From: the human T2T-CHM13v2.0 reference genome, Homo sapiens | Direction: 5' to 3' (one strand) | Assembly: GCF_009914755.1 (NCBI RefSeq) | Contig: NC_060929.1 | Length of the DNA: 64,000 nucleotides | Shown here: positions 62,480 through 64,000 of the stretch, piece after piece | How the letters are laid out: each line of letters begins with the position of its first letter | Numbering within the stretch: the stretch's first letter is position 1 | The notes under the pieces: model-generated | The model's input: the letters and a program-made list of their open reading frames with translations, nothing else | Told to the model about the DNA's origin: nothing | The model's database searches: none | Program-made: the position numbers and the translations under genes

Positions 62480-62670
62480 AGCAGCAGTTCCTTGTCCCTC
62501 CCTCCACCGCATAGTACATTTGGAAATATCTAGAGAAATTTTGGTTTGTCACAGCTAGGAATTTGCTACTTATATCAAATGACTAGAGACACGGATGCTG
62601 CTTACCATACTACAATGCAGGAGACAGATCCAAAATTTCCGTAGTGCCATTAAAAAAAAAAAAACAAAAA
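62480..62670. mobile_element. MER20-like fragment
   Basis: 'catttggaaatatctagagaaattttggtttgtcaca...ggatgctgcttaccatactacaatgca'. Confidence 0.6.
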
Positions 62671-62889
62671 ACACTAAGTTAAAGAAATGTCTCCTATTTC
62701 ATGTAATGTTGTATAATAATACTTACTGTTATATATAATATGCTAAAATTTTATGCTTTTCAAATTCTAAGAAAATTTAATGGCCTTATTTTAACCAACT
62801 TAAAATTTATTTTTACGTATTTAAAATTATTTTAACTTATAAATATAAATGCATTATTACATTTAATATGATTATTATAGATATATTAT

Positions 62890-63435
62890 GTTTAACAGAC
62901 TTTACTTTTTAGAGCAGTTTTAGGTTCACAGCAAAATTGGATAGAAGGTACAGATATTTCCCATGCTGCCCCTGCCCTACATACACACAGCCTCCCCATC
63001 AATATCCCCCACCAGAGTGGTACATTTGTTACAATTGATAAACCCACATGGACACATCATTATCAACCAAAGTCCATAGTTTACATTAAGGTTCACTCTT
63101 GGGTGTACATTTCATGGATATGGACAAATATATAATGAACATGAATTCATCATTATAACAACACACAATGTAGTTTCACCACCTTAAAAATCCTCTGTAA
63201 TCCATCTATTCATTTCTCTCTTCCCCTTAACCCCTGGTAACCAGTGATGTTTTTACTGTCTCCATAGTTCTGGCTTTTCTAAATATCATATAGTTGGAAT
63301 CATATAGTATACAGCCTTTTCAGACTGTCTGCTTTCACTTAGTACATAATATGTGTTTAAGTTTCCTCTGTGTTTTCTCATGGCTTGATAGTTCACTTCT
63401 TTTCAGCACTGAATATTTCCTTATCTGAGTGTACT
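62890..63435 (-). mobile_element. L1MA/MB 3' end
   Basis: 'ttttagagcagttttaggttcacagcaaaattg...gttggaatcatatagtatacagccttttcagac'. Confidence 0.85.
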
Positions 63436-64000
63436 TGTTGTATATTTTATTTTACAAATTATGTTTTCATCTACTCATATCCACTTAATTTGATTATATG
63501 TTGGATTCTAAAAGATGTTGAAAAATATTGAAATAAAATTTAATTTCAAAAAAATCTTAGATTTACCTTTTATGGCTTTATCTTACTATTTTTTTCCTCC
63601 TATTTTAGAGTCAATTCTTGATTGGACCTTAGGTTGTATAGGTTATAACTATGGTTATGAAACAATTTTATAATCTCAGGATATTTATAATTCATTAAGA
63701 TTGTTATTCTCTTAGTTTTTAAATATAAATCTCTATTTCTATAGAAGAGAAAAAGAGTTACAGAGATAATTTGCAATGGGCATCAGAAATTTAAATTCTA
63801 GATGAGTTTTTCCCATCCAGTATTCCAAGTAACTAATCATTTAAATTTATCCTCTTAAACCACACATTGTTGCATTTAACGAAAATGAAATGAAATGATT
63901 ATATTAGTTTTCAAACTAAAGGATTTTAAAATCTATGGACTTTGACCAAAACCTAATGGGCCAATAGACAGATTCTACCAAATCAGCTTAACATTTCAAC

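Overview
Repeat-rich primate (almost certainly human) genomic DNA centred on a CpG island at about 27.2-29.0 kb. The island holds the first coding exon of EPB41L4A (minus strand, 27383-27481, [33 protein letters not shown]). It probably also holds its divergent lncRNA on the plus strand (AATAAA at 29397). Everything to the left is intron 1. Everything to the right is upstream intergenic DNA. Other content: three large primate L1s (window-truncated L1PA5-like, 5'-truncated L1PA3/4-like, full-length L1PA7-like), a near-complete Charlie3/MER1 hAT transposon interrupted by a THE1 LTR, an integrase/env-deleted HERV-W (LTR17) provirus with both LTRs and an Arg-type PBS, a processed HMGB3 pseudogene, a truncated U6 retrocopy, and many Alu/MIR/L2/MaLR/MER fragments. 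Nearly all listed ORFs are repeat remnants or GC-rich artefacts. I found no convincing undescribed biological system. The best leads are promoter architecture (predicted 5'UTR intron overlapping the divergent RNA, in-frame uORF before an MGC lipidation motif, a Kozak-context small ORF) and several well-preserved insertion or rearrangement signatures. Subfamily and gene names come from recognition, not from database searches.
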